This document shows positions 31,792 through 32,000 of a stretch of DNA of 32,000 nucleotides, one piece after another. The position numbers were made by a program, and so were the translations under genes. Below the pieces are notes generated by a model. The model worked only from the letters and a program-made list of their open reading frames with translations, did not search any database and was not told where the DNA came from. The DNA comes from Haloferax volcanii DS2 (GTDB taxonomy: Archaea; Halobacteriota; Halobacteria; Halobacteriales; Haloferacaceae): assembly GCF_000025685.1 (NCBI RefSeq), contig NC_013966.1:510001-542000 (forward strand), read 5' to 3'. Each line of letters starts with the position of its first letter. Within the stretch, counting starts at the first letter, position 1.

Positions 31792-32000
31792 CAGAACACC
31801 CCCATATCGGTCGCGACCGTATAGAGCGTTCGGAGGCCGAGCCAGACGACGACGAGCGTCACCAGCCCGCCGACGACGTTCTGGAGCGTGGAGTTGGCGT
31901 ACGACCCGAGGATGTCGCGGTCGTTCATCACGTAGATGAGGAAGACGGCGACGATGGGAAGCAGGACGCCGTTGGCGACCTGCGCGAAGACGATGGCCTG
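31791..32000 (-). CDS. C-terminal 69 aa of an Nramp/MntH-family divalent-metal transporter (partial, runs off the window)
   Basis: My translation of the minus strand: QAIVFAQVANGVLLPIVAVFLIYVMNDRDILGSYANSTLQNVVGGLVTLVVVWLGLRTLYTVATDMGVF*. The pattern QV.NG.LLP....FL....ND...(M/L)G...N is Nramp-like. The TGA stop shares its A with the hyuA ATG (TGATG). It is not in the ORF track because no start lies in the window. Confidence 0.6.
   Translation of the reverse strand, partial: QAIVFAQVANGVLLPIVAVFLIYVMNDRDILGSYANSTLQNVVGGLVTLVVVWLGLRTLYTVATDMGVF

Noticed and set aside
1-32000. Mobile elements, tRNA/rRNA genes, CRISPR arrays and defence systems
   Set aside because: I looked for transposase or integrase motifs, terminal inverted repeats, tRNA-like T-arm sequences (GGTTCGAATCC-type) and periodic repeats, and found none convincing. 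The GTTCGAAC motifs are isolated palindromes, not tRNA T-arms. A covariance-model scan would be needed for certainty.

Overview
High-GC sequence (about two-thirds G+C by eye) with acidic predicted proteins, HTH-10 regulators and TATA boxes about 25 nt upstream of start codons. This is typical of a haloarchaeon (class Halobacteria); the genus cannot be determined from the sequence. I see no rRNA, tRNA, CRISPR array, transposase or integrase. The window is an aromatic-acid catabolic island. From 1.8 to 19.9 kb it holds an essentially complete phenylacetyl-CoA (paa) pathway. It comprises paaABCD beside a divergent HTH-10 regulator, a PaaG-like isomerase, and separate ALDH and MaoC genes that could stand in for fused PaaZ. 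It also has PaaK ligase, two PaaI-type thioesterases, and a thiolase / HMGS-like-DUF35 / 3-hydroxyacyl-CoA dehydrogenase / enoyl-CoA hydratase operon. A Liv-type ABC importer operon that looks partly decayed, headed by an LLM flavin oxidoreductase gene, sits inside it. From 20.5 to 32 kb an IclR regulator is followed by a gene set of unknown pathway: EthD, ThDP enzyme, SDR epimerase, a small acidic protein, cupin, HD protein, a tandem double-EthD protein, a creatinase-like M24 protein, and hydantoinase A/B coupled to an Nramp-type transporter. The most interesting observations are these. (1) A thiolase is translationally coupled to an HMG-CoA-synthase-like domain with no cysteine at all, fused to a DUF35 Zn-ribbon/OB fold. 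(2) PaaD is cut by a single in-frame TGA, and the Zn-ribbon half is a 55-aa ORF absent from the ORF track. (3) The palindrome GTTCGAAC is clustered around iclR, including an exact 17-nt tandem copy on both flanks. (4) A roughly 610-bp gap has no convincing ORF. (5) The IclR-adjacent cluster has no assignable substrate. (6) The ABC transporter has an in-frame LivF deletion, a short fused LivHM N-terminus and no binding-protein gene. All functional calls rest on motif recognition by eye; no database search was run.
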